A DNA stretch of 64,000 bases, from the NCBI GenBank assembly GCA_012295275.1, contig CM022673.1:5518001-5582000 (forward strand), given 5' to 3'. A model generated the notes under the pieces. The model saw only the letters and a program-made list of their open reading frames with translations. It had not been told where the DNA came from and searched no databases. Each line of letters starts with the position of its first letter. The first letter of the stretch is position 1. Made by a program: the position numbers and the translations under genes. Source of the DNA: Chrysomallon squamiferum. Its lineage: Eukaryota > Animalia > Mollusca. Below are positions 47,348 through 60,611 of this stretch, piece by piece.

Positions 47348-49921
47348 TTTATTGTGTTATTCTCTGTTAGAAATTTGTTTTATTAAGAATTAAAAGCAAA
47401 TAATAAAATAAATAATTATAAGCTCCATTAATAAATTGATAAACTATGATAAAAGTCTTTTAAAATTTTTATAAAATGATTCTGTGATAAAAAGTGAACG
47501 CCAACCTGTCCAGTATCCAAAGTTAGTTCCTCCTGCAAACATATATCTGAAATAAAATATTTTATTAAAAGTATTTCGTACAGAGCAAAACAAAAAAGAA
47601 AAAAAAAATTTCTAAATCTAGATTTTAATATAAATTTTAAATTTTGTAAGTTTTATTTTATTTATTTTATTAATTTATTTTTTTGAAGAAAAGAAAAGAA
47701 ATAACTATACATGCATGCATGCATACACACACACATAGATACATACATACAGTATGTAACTATAATGTTAACAATAGTAACACTGACATTATAACCAGTG
47801 TGTAACCATGATTTTAACAACACTTACATACTAACACTAGCCTTGTAAGCTAGAAGAATATCCAGACTTTTTGCCATGGCGTGCCAGTCACGATGATGCC
47901 AGGGCTCACCCCAGTAGTCTATCTCACCTGTGTAAAACTCGTTACACACCTGTAAGAAAATAATTACTTTTATTACATTACATGTAACAAAAATAAGCTT
48001 TATTATGCATCTATAAACAAAAATTACTTTTTTTTATATACCTGTAAACAAAATGCCTTTATTTAATACAGGTAACCAAAAATTACCTTTATATATAGCT
48101 ATAAACAAAAATTATTTCTACTGTACATCAAAATACCTTAATTATATACATGTAAACAAAAATTATCTTCATCACACATTTGTACATACTTACAGATTAA
48201 TGTTTCTTCATATTGCTTAAAATAATTAAGAGATCAGAGCAATCCTGTTGGTGTTTGTATAAACTACAAGCTCCTCAGAGGTTCCTAATCTTAATTTTGT
48301 GACAGGCATTTTATTTTATCTATGATAAATATACAAATATACTGATGCTTTTAATTCTTAATATTTTAATTATTTTTCTAACAGAGAATAACACAATAAA
48401 TACATCAAAAGAAATATATATTTATATGTATGTTAAGATTAAATTGTTTATGCTGCACAATCATAAAGATGTTTTTAAAAATAAATAACAAATTAAATTT
48501 CAGTATTATTATACATATGGTCAATGGTGTATATTTGTAACATATGCTTTTATTTTGAGTAGAATAAGAAACTCACAGAAGGACCATGAGGTTCCCATCT
48601 TCTCTGAGGTTCAAATGCCTTACTTGCATTAACTGAAACATAATAATGTATATTTATAATAGAGAAAATGAAAAGTTTCAGGATACACTCCAGTAGATAC
48701 AGACAAGTAAAATGGTTAAAGACTCTTCAGTTAAAACTTGTATTTATAAAATACAATAAGCATATGCAGATATCAGTGTGTTATTTGAATAAATTAAAAA
48801 GGAATGTAAAACAAGCTTTAACAAACCTCTGTTTTTAATTAAGTTTATATAATAATATCAAATAAACAAGTAACGTAAATGGGAATAGATATTATATATA
48901 TATATATTTTTTTTTTTTCAGTAATCTTAACTTAAGAAAGGACCAAGATATAAGATTATAAAACACAAATTAGCATAAGGATATATTAAAATGATTAACA
49001 TGTTATGCCAAAATCAATTGTGGCGTAGAGACCCTCCAATGTTCCACACTTCAAGGGTCGGTCTGAACCATTATCCAGAGTGAACAAGACTATCTCGTCT
49101 CCAAGGTAATTGCGAAATGTCTTCTTTAGATAGCGCAGATAGTCAGTGTCACATGCAAAATAGATACCATATTCATTTTCTACCTGTAAAATTCAAATAA
49201 ATAAATAGATAACAAAAATTTTTTTTTTATTTATTATAGAATTTTTATCACTGTTCTTTTTGTGATTTTGTTATATATTTTATTTTGGGGGTGTTTATGC
49301 TTTGTTTGTTTGTTTTGGTGTTTTTATTACTTTTTCTGTACTTTATTTATTACTTTTCTTCTTTTTTCCTGTATTTTTATTTATTTATTAGTTGTTTTTT
49401 GTAGTAACTTTTTTTATTTTATTAATATTACAAAAAGAAAAATTAATATTAATTTAGAAATATATATATGTTACACAACATATGTTATTTTCAGTTAAAA
49501 AATACTGAATTTGGTCCTTCTCATTTAGTTCAAACATCACATTATATTAATTGTCAATCTTTGTTCTTGCTCTAATGTTGCATTTCCATATCATGGTGAA
49601 AAATCAACATGACTACAATATTATATTATTATTTATTTACTTTATTTATCTTGTGAATACAATGCATTACCTGTACAGCAATGATTGGTCCACCATTTTG
49701 ATAAAGAAGAGGTTTCACCACTGGCAACATAATACTCAGCCATTTGTCCAAAGCAGAAATGTACACTGAAAACAGAAGTGAATGTTTAAAATAATATCAA
49801 CAGTTTTAACTATTTAAAAGGTATAATTAATATGCTCTTGATATTGTTCAGTTTTATTATTTATTTAGCAAAAATATGACTGCATATAAATTTATATGGT
49901 AAGTTACATTTTAAAGAGGTT

Positions 49922-49958
<37 letters not shown>

Positions 49959-50045
49959 GTAATAATATACATAAATAATAATGTCATCATCATCATCACT
50001 ATTATTAATTTATTTAACAGTAGCAGTACAAAAAAAATAAAATAA

Positions 50046-50100
<55 letters not shown>

Positions 50101-50859
50101 AATAGAAAATAAATGTAAAATCTGAGTATAAATAGGTACAACTATTTCATTTAACTTCATTATATACTAAAACCCCAAAGACTAAAATATTCATAAACTA
50201 ACCAGGATCCATTGATCGTACGACCATGTTTTTGCATGTGCTGTCAGCCATCCTGGAAGACCACCCTGAAATATAAATTTAATTCTGTAATAATAATAAT
50301 AATAATAATAATAATTAACAATAATAATTAACAAAATAATAAGAAGAAGAGTTATAAAATTTCATCCAAAAACAGAAAACAAATTCCATTAATGTACACC
50401 TCCCTATTCAGAATGAGATTCCTTACACCATGCAGTGGAAGCAACTCTTCTAGAAGACAAAAATGGTTAGCTCCTTGTTTCTTTGTTGGCTTGTTGGCTT
50501 GTATTTTAAAAAATATCCAAAGAACAGTTTTCCAAAAGTTATTCTTACAAAATCCCAGCCTCCATCTACATAGGGCCCAGGGCGGAGGATGACAGTGAAA
50601 TTGAGGGTGTGACAAAGTTTGACAAACCCAACCAGATCCAGATTATCTCCAAAATCATAAATCCCTGGTCTCGGATTATGATAATTCCATGGGACATATG
50701 AAAAAAAAAAATAAAAATAATCTTCTGAAAAAAAAAAAATAATTTGTTTTTTCTTATTTGTTGTTAGTTTTTATTTTATTATTTTATTTTAATAAAATTT
50801 GAACATCTTCTGATTAAAAATCGAGATCTGTTACAAAATAAGTTAAATTCGAAGATTAA

Positions 50860-51470
50860 TATTATAAATGTTATAAATATTACATTGCAAATTATCACTG
50901 TAACACTGCATTTGAAAATTATAAAATGTTAAACTTATGACGTTGCTATATTATTAGATGATTCACAGAATGTTATACATTGTGTAATTAAAGTTTTACA
51001 AATATATTTCTAGTGAATTTTTTTTTTAAAAAAAAATGTTATATTTATACACTGTAATACAAATTATTGTATAAATGACGTATATTTAGAGGTTAAATGT
51101 TATATATATATATATTACTAAAGCGTTAATGTGATTGTAATAATATTTTATAAAATGTTATATTTAATTTGTTACAAATATTACTAAATGTTAATATGAC
51201 TAAACTTTAACAGAATCTTATAAAAACGTTTTATTTAATTTGTTATAAATAATATTATTAAATATATTAACAGAATGTTAAAAAATGTTAAAATTACGTA
51301 GACTGATATAAATACATCCGATGAATGTTTTTAAAAATGGTAGTTTACGTTATAATAAATTTAAACATCAGTTGAATGTTATAAAATGTCATAATAACGT
51401 TGTTACCTATGTATTATTTGAATGTTAGAAAACGTTAAACCAATATTGCCACATATATATATTAATAAAA
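50860..51470. repeat. Degenerate AT-rich tandem repeat in intron 2 of copy A (counterpart in copy B at ~61140-61880)
   Basis: Recurring tgaatgttataaaatgttataattacgttgttac-like units. Confidence 0.65.
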
Positions 51471-52387
51471 TGTTCTAAAAATTGTATACTTATTTTGTTA
51501 CGGATAAACCAGTTCAATATTAAAACTAATATTTACGTTGTCACAGAATTCAGACCAGCAGCATACATTTTTCTCAGCCTGTCTTCCCAGTAGATGCGAG
51601 GTATTTGATTATAATGAATACTTCCTGAGACATAGCGGAATGGTTTGCCATCTTTCAGAAACTGATCTCCTTTATAATCTATTGTAAATGAACCACCATC
51701 AGTCTAAAATTAAAATATAATGTAGAGTTGTATGTGGCCGGGTGCATAAAACACATCTACACAAAAACTACACTAGTAAAACCTTCTTTATATCTTTAAT
51801 TCCTCTTGATAATCATACAACACTATAGACAATTATTACTGATCATAGTAAGAAATCATAATGCTGAGAACTGGCACCACGTCGTTCTGCAGGTATTCTT
51901 TCTTGAACTTTCAACTCTCATCCCAGGCACACTGATAATAAAGTCGTAACATTTCACACCCCTGACCAATACTGTCCTGGGTTCCTTAACACAGCCCCAG
52001 TGTTTACCATATTTTAATGTTCCAAGTGTCTTGGAGGAATCTACATAAAATCACATATTCAGTAAAAACCTCCAAAATAAATATGATAATTTTTTTTCTA
52101 TTTCATAACAAAATCTAATATCGTTATATGTTACAGAGTCTACTGTATAGATTTGCGTACACCATTCGAGAATTGTGAAGTATTTCAGACAGCAAGTAAG
52201 ATTCTTGTTTCCAGCCCTATTTAAAGTGAATTATATGTGATTTAATTAACAAATACAAACTTACCAATGTCGCCAAAGCGATCCCACCAAAACAAAACAG
52301 TATAAAGTGACAGCTACGACAAACCATTTTACTTTCCAACTTGTACGTTGAACGAACAAGGAAATGTGTAATTTCTAACCGCTTACT

Positions 52388-52445
52388 GTCACATGACTTG
52401 TAAGTGTATAAAAAAAAAAAAAAAAAAAACATGGTGTCACATTAC
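52388..52445. promoter_or_regulatory. CLEAR/M-box-like E-boxes upstream of copy A (one intact, one mutated)
   Basis: GTCACATGAC at 52388-52397; GTCACATTAC at 52436-52445. Confidence 0.5.
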
Positions 52446-52619
52446 TCAGGAGTTTCAACCAGATATACTCTTCAGTCTAAAATAAGGCACAGTATTTTAT
52501 TGTCATTATTATTATTTTAAAAGTTAGTTTTGTTGTTGTTGTTGTTGTTGTTGATTTTCAGAGCTACTGTAAACGCTGCATCCATAGGCGCCATGTTTCT
52601 GTTTTTAAAGTTGTTCTCT

Positions 52620-52663
<44 letters not shown>

Positions 52664-53814
52664 TCACATGGCATGAATGAGAAAACCTTTTCAAAAATTT
52701 ATACACCAGTATTGTTACCTTAGACATAACAATGTATTCATTTATGGACAGTTTATTGTTTTTAGCAGTAACTAAAGAATATTTTTCACTGATGAACTGT
52801 AATGGTGTGTTTGAAACTTAAGGTGAAAATATTATCATTAATTTATTTATTTATTTTTTTTTTTTTTCCTTTAATTAAAAAAAGAAGAAGAAGAAGAAGA
52901 CAAGAAAAAAGAAAAAGAAAGAAGTAAAATCGGAAAAACAAGATAAAATAATAATACTAATAAATAAAGTTAATAAATATACGAATTGTCTTCTTTTTGT
53001 TGTTTTATTTTTAATTTTGAATAACATTGTTTATTTAATTATAATTTATTACCATCATTTATTTATTTATTGAAAGTTATTTAATTTTTGGTGACTGGAC
53101 ATCATTTTTAGATGGAATCAACTGTAATGTAGTAAACAGTTCCACTCAAGAGCAGAAAGTCCAAATTTTCAGTTCTGTTATTTGCTATCCAAGAATAAAT
53201 TCCATTTCAAATTCAAATGCTATAGCTTATGCTTCCTGCTGATAATAAAATAATTTTGCAGGTCGAATTATGGGACACAATTATTTCAGCATTACCAAAA
53301 TATTTTTTTGCTTTTTTTCTTATGAAGGTAGAATGTATTAGGATGTCGGAATGTAAATTATGCAATAAAAAATAAATAAAAACAAGAGTAATAGAAAACA
53401 ATTTATTATACAAATGACAATAAACATGAATAAATACATCAAAATATAAAAGTATAAATGCATGAAATCATTGTTGTTTAACAAGTGATTTAGTTTAAGA
53501 TCTGTCATAAAAATATAAAATTATTTTGAAATAAAAATGCCTCTTCCCTTTGTATGAAAATATACAACTTTATTTATCAAAAATTATTTCAATATTCGAA
53601 ATCCTTCATCATTGTTAATATTATTTGTGTTTATTATTTTATTTTTATTTATTTATTTATTTAGACTAATACTATCATCATCACAATAATGGTTAAATAA
53701 ATTATTCAAAATTATCAATGTTTATTTTCAGAGACAAACATCTGTGAAATATATAACTTCCACAAACACCCATTTTAAAAATAAGTAAATAATGACATTT
53801 TCATTCCTGTCAAA

Positions 53815-56386
53815 TCAGTAAGTAGGTTTTCCAAGATCTGGTTTATCCAGAAACCTCATTGTACAGTTGGTTGGCATGGTAACACATGGGTCTTTTTCAA
53901 GTTCAAATATGAGAATTCTGTTTTGTTGTGGGTAGGCGAAGAGTAGATTTTTTGGCACATACAGAGTCACTTGGGGACCTTTGGCAGGCCAGTATTTTCC
54001 TAAATTGAAGTCATTGATGAAAACTTGGCCCTGAAATTAGAATAATGTTAATAACTATAGTTAGGCAAGAAAGAAAAACATTTATCTTTTAAAAGTTTAT
54101 TTAATGGAAAAATGTTAAATATTCTGGTAATTCATTTCAGGAAGAATTCCTGAAACTGGCTAGAACTGGAGAAGAAAAAAACAGGATAGCAATAGCTGTT
54201 AAGAGTAACAGATTGTAGGTTGAATAAAAAAGTTAAAAATGAAACAAAATATAAACAACTGAAATATATAATCTAAAGACTTCATACCTTACCCCAGGGT
54301 CTGGGGTCTAGAAATGTATCATGTGGTTCTGCACCTTTGGGTAACTGAAACAATCCTTTGTAGAAAGTTGGAGTGGTCCAGTTGCCATTATAATTTTCCT
54401 TATATTGATCTGTGTTATTATTATTAGGTAATCTAAAAATAAAATAAATACTTTGAAATTACAGGTTTGGAAATTGTATTTTATTCCTATCATTAAAATT
54501 AATATTTTAATCTTTTTAATTTTTAAAATGGCTGACATTAATTTATTTCACTAGTTCCTTAAAAAAAAAAAATTATTACTTAATATTATTGTTATGGACA
54601 TATTAACATTACTTTCACAAATAGTTAATTCTTATTTAATTTAAAATGTAATTGCACTGATAGACTAATAATTACAACAATGTTTAGCAATTAGATTTTG
54701 TGAATATTGTTAGGACTGATTATCCCATAATATAGATCATTGACACACAAACATTTATTCTGTGGCATACAGAAGCATTTTAATAAAACTGTAAACAATT
54801 TCTGGAATGTTTATAAACTCCAAAATAGGCAATAACACAACATTTATTTTCTTTATAATTTTAAGATTCAAAAATTTTATTATGCATAGTAATATTAAAA
54901 TGGAATTATTCCTCCATGTTATATACAAATAAAAATAAAAGTCTTACAAGTTTGTGATATTTTCTATGAATAATGGGTAGATTTCCCAGTTCACCAGAGT
55001 GTCTGTGCCAATAGTTACATTGCTGACTATACCCTGAAAAATAAAGTTATTTAGTGAAAATAAAATATTAATAAATAACGTACTTACAATACAACTACTA
55101 CCACCACCACAGTCAATAAATAATAAATACCAAGACTAGTACAAACACCATCACAATTAATCTGTAACTTATGCTACTATTTTCTAATATTACCACCACT
55201 GTTACTATCATAATGTTACTGTTACCCTATTATTATCATTATCAATAACACTTTGACTACTTCTTATGCAACACAAACTACAGCTTGTGCTATTATGACT
55301 AGTATTACTACTACTACTACTCTACTACTACTACTACTACTACTACATCTGTAACCACTATCACTCCTTTATTCAAACATTATACCAAAAAAACAAATCC
55401 TTACTTTTTGATTTGGGTCAAGTCCAGGTTCAAAGAAAACTTTCCCCACATTTTCAACAAGAATATCAAGAGTGTCACCCTCTTTGACAGATATCTCTAG
55501 TATGTTACTAGTGCGATACATCAGTATACCAACAGTTTGCTGAAAAAGTCAATATTATCATTGTTATTGTTTTTATTGTTATTATTACTGGTGCTATTAT
55601 TATTGTTGCTATTATTTCTGTTGTTATTGTTAATGTTATTATTATTATTATTAAAATTATCAACATAAAAAAAATTATTATATTTAAAAAAAATTTTTTA
55701 TTTTTAGACACTATTCATAGTTACTGAAATTTTTTCAGATTTTCAATTAGTATCATACATCATCTCAAAATAAGTACGCAAGTCTGTATATCTCTGTATA
55801 AATATGAATATACTTGTGTATGTAGGCCTGGAAACTGGAAATTTATTTACAAAATATTTGATTCCTCATTAAATCTCTTTATACTAATTATAATTAACAT
55901 TAATATTACAAACTGACCCTATTCACCATCACATAGCCTCTGTCTCTGATTCCTGTAATCTCCAGTGTCTCATTATTGTAAGTCTTAGTCAGTGTGTGAC
56001 GATATAATATATACCCATAATACTGAAATAATAACAATAATATACATCCATAATACGAAAATAATAATAATATATCCACAATAGTGAAATAATAATATAT
56101 ATCCATAATACTGAAACAATAAAAAATATATCCATAATGCAGAAATCATAATAAAATAATTTACCCATGATACTGAAATAATAATAATAATAGCACTATT
56201 AATTTTTAAAAATCAATAATAATAATAAAAACAATACTAATAATAAAAAAAAAATAATACTGAAATAACAATATTAATAATAATAATAGCACTGTTAATT
56301 TTAAAAAATCAGTAATAATAATAATAACAATACTAATAATAAAACAAATAACAAAAGCGGTAACAATAACAGCAAAAATATATGTT

Positions 56387-56467
<81 letters not shown>

Positions 56468-58242
56468 ATAGGCATAACATTTTAAACTATATAAACCTGT
56501 CCTAGATTCTCCATGTTGATTGGATACTGTGATTTGACAACACCAGATGTCAGTTCTGAAAGACCATCTTGAATAGTAAACATCTGAAAAAATAAAAATT
56601 ATAAAAAATAATAATAATAAAGGTCTGCAATGTCAGATTCTTAAGAAAAACATCTTAGTTGATTGTTTTTAAATTTTAAATAATGGGGAAACAAAGATTT
56701 TCCTGACTACTAAATTAATGTTAATTATTTTGCTTGTCAAATTTATAAAAATTACAAAGCAAAAAAAACGTTCTTAACTATCTGTAAATTAACATGTAAT
56801 AGTTAGTGCCTGATGAATAAAAAATGTGTGTGTGTGTTTGTGTATGTATATATATATATATATTAAAGAACGTACATTATACAAATCAAATTCTAGATAA
56901 TTACCATAAACAAACTAAGTTGTTATTCTATGTATACTTTGACATAAATAAACCAGTCTTACTTTAGTAAGTGTAACAGATCCATAGGCAGCCTTTATTA
57001 TGTTTGGTGGAACTGGTGTGGGTTTGTTGTCTGTGTACTGCAGTTGTAACACACAAAAAAAAAAAAAATAAGAGTGATGTTACAGGTGTATAAGCTGTAT
57101 TAATAATAAAGTATGACAATAACAAATTGCAGTTTATTTCTCTTCTTTTTTTTTTTTTTTTTCCATTAAAAGTCATTCATTTAACGTCAATTAAAAATAG
57201 TTTGCATGCTGGTGATAATTAGTATAAAAATGTGAAATGCCAATTATAAAGAATATAAAAATTAAAAGGTGATTTAATGGAGGTGAAAAAGAATCAATGT
57301 TAAATTGTACATACCTTTTCAATATATATTACTTTAGTTTATATTAAGCAGGATTGTTATAAATAAAAAATAATAATTTTAAAAATAAATAAATAATAAT
57401 AATAATAATGACAATAATAATAATAATAATAATAATACCTTTGTGATAATATTTCTCAACTGAAAATATTTTTCTGTGGTATCTCCCGACTCTGTGATTG
57501 GAGAATCATGATCATAACTTGGAATCACTATTTTTAATGGCCTTCCTAATAAAACTCCTACATTAAAAATATAAATATAAACTTTCAGTATTTTTTTATT
57601 TATTTAAACATTAGTTTAGTTTAATTATGAAAAAGAGAAAAAGAGAGTTCCATTATTAAAAATGCAGTATCAAAACATTTGTGTTGTTGTTTGTTTAGAA
57701 TACAGATATAATATCCATTGTTTCCTATTGTATAGTTAGTATTTATTTACTTTCATTTTTTTTTTCATTTTAAACATTACTTAGTTAAATTATGAAAATA
57801 TGAAATCCATCCATTATCAATGAGTACCATTATTAAAAAAATGCACTATAGAATTTTATATATTTTTGTTATTATTATTATTGTTTTTGTTTTTTTGTTT
57901 GTTTGTTTGTTTGTTTGTTTGTTGTTGATTTGTTTTTTTCTGGGGGTTTTTGATTATTATATCAGAAAGAGAAAATAAATGTCTTAAAAAGTAAAAGCAA
58001 ATAATAAAATAAATAATTAGTCAATTTTGTTTGCAGTAAATCTAATGCTGATAAAATTAATTTTAAAACAGTCCTGTGACAAAAAGTTAACACCAACCTG
58101 TCCAGTAACCAAAGTTAGTTCCTCCTGCAAACATATATCTGAAATAAAACATTTTGTACCATTAAACAAACAGAAAAATCTGATTATTAGATTTCTAAAT
58201 CTAGATTTTAATATAAATTTGAAAAAAATAATAAATAAATAA

Positions 58243-58280
<38 letters not shown>

Positions 58281-59789
58281 GTACATACATGTGTGTATAT
58301 ATGCATTTAATATAATCTATTTCAACAAAATGTGATAATAATGTCATCATACTTATGCACTAACGCTAACATTGTAACCAATATCTGATAATAAAATTAA
58401 CAATACTTACATACTAACACTAGCCTTGTAAGCTAGAAGAGTATCCAGACTTTTTGCTATGGCGTGCCAGTCACGATGATGCCAGGGCTCACCCCAGTAG
58501 TCTATCTCACCTGTGTAAAACTCGTTACATACCTGTAAAAGTCAAAAAAAAGATAAGCCACAAAATTACTGTTGTTGGACACTTAGACAGCAAAATATAT
58601 ATATATATATACTTATTTCCATCTTTGGAAAAATCTCAAGTTTATATTTAATGATGTTAGACACTCAAAGGGACATGGTTTATAAACAAAAAAGTAAAAT
58701 AAAACAAATAAACAAAATAAAAAATAAAAATTCAGGGTTATTATACAGATGTGAATAATGCATAAATATAATGGTCAGCATATTTTTAACCTATGCTTTT
58801 ATTTTGAGTACAGTAAGAAACTCACAGAAGGACCATGAGGTTCCCATCTTCTCTGAGGTTCAAATGCCTTACTTGCATTAACTGAAGCATAATAATGTGT
58901 ATTTATAATAGAGAAAATGAAAAGTTTCAGAATACACTGAAGAAGACATTGACAACCAAATTGTTAAAGACTGATTAGTTAAAACTGAAATATAATCATG
59001 TATATTTATAATACAGAAAACAAACACTTTCAGAAAACACAGTGATGGACATAGTTAAGTTTTATCTTAAAGACTCTTCAGTTAAAATTGGTATTTATAA
59101 AACAAAATAAATATATATTATTATACAGATATCTCACCATTATTTGAATAAATTAAAGAATGTAAAATAAGCTTTAATTAAATCTCTCTTTTTTATAAGT
59201 TCAGCTAATAATATCAAATAAAACATACAACTTTGAAAAAATTAACTTTATAATCAATGAGTGAAGATATATGATATAAAAAAAATATTTTTGGTAATCT
59301 TAACTTAATAAAGAGAGATATAAGATCACAGTATAAGAATGCATTAAAATGATTTACATGTTGTGCCAAAATCAACTGTGGCGTAGAGACCCTCCAATGT
59401 TCCACACTTCAAGAACCAGTCTGCGCCTCCATCCAGAGTGAACAAGACTATCTCGTCTCCAAGGTAACTGCGGAATGTCTTCTTTAGATAGCGTAGATAG
59501 TCAGCGTCACATGCAAAATAACTCCCATATTCATTTTCTACCTGTGAAATCAAAAAAGAAAAAGAAATAAATAAAAAAGTTGTTTCTTTTGTCTTCCTTC
59601 TTTTTTCTTCTTTTTAGTTTCTTTTCTTGTGATTTTAATATATATTTTATTTTCAGAGTTTTCATATTTTGTTTGTTTTATTGTTGTTGTTGTTTTTTGT
59701 TTTTTTTTTTTTTTTGTGTAGTTTATTTGTTGTTTTTTACCTTACTTGTTTCCTTTTTTTTTTTTTTAACTTATTTAATTTTAATTTTA

Positions 59790-59820
<31 letters not shown>

Positions 59821-60570
59821 TTGTTGTTGTTTAGATTTGTTTTTCATTATTTATTTTTGGTGGGGATGAGTTAATTTATTCATTTTATTAATTTTATAAA
59901 AAGAAAAAAATTAATTTAAAAATATATATATCATTAAAACAAATGACATTTTCAGTTAAACACTACTGAATTCTGTTCTCATTTATTTCAAATATCACAT
60001 TATACTAATTATCAATCTTTTTAAACAGTTCTTGCTCTAATACAATATTTCCATACCATGGTGAAAAATCAACATATCTACAATGTTATATTATTATTTA
60101 CTTATTTAATTTATCTTGTGAATACAGTGTATTACCTGTACAGCAATGATTGGTCCACCATTTTGATAAAGAAGAGGTTTCACCATTGGCAACATAATAC
60201 TCAGCCATTTGTCAACAGCAGAAATGTACTCTGCAATTTAGAAGTAATTGTTTAAAATAATATCAATAGTTTTCCAACTGCCTTGAGTTTCTTAATCATT
60301 GTCAACATCATCATCATCATAATTATTATTAATTTGCTTAACATTAACAATTAATATCAGTAAAAAAAAAAAAAAAAATAATAATAACAATGATAAATTA
60401 AAAAAAAAACTTAAATATAAATAAGTATACAGTTATTTCATTTAAAAAAATAAACAAAAATATTATCAAATATTCAGAAACTAACCAGGATCCATTGATC
60501 GTACGACCATGTTTTTAGCATGTGCTGTCAGCCATCCTGGAAGTCCACCCTGAAATATTAATTTAATTCT

Positions 60571-60611
<41 letters not shown>

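Noticed and set aside
52130-52220. Coding-like frame GWKQESYLLSEILHNSR in copy A intron 1
   Set aside because: Aligns with ordinary intron-1 sequence of copy B, with indels; chance reading frame
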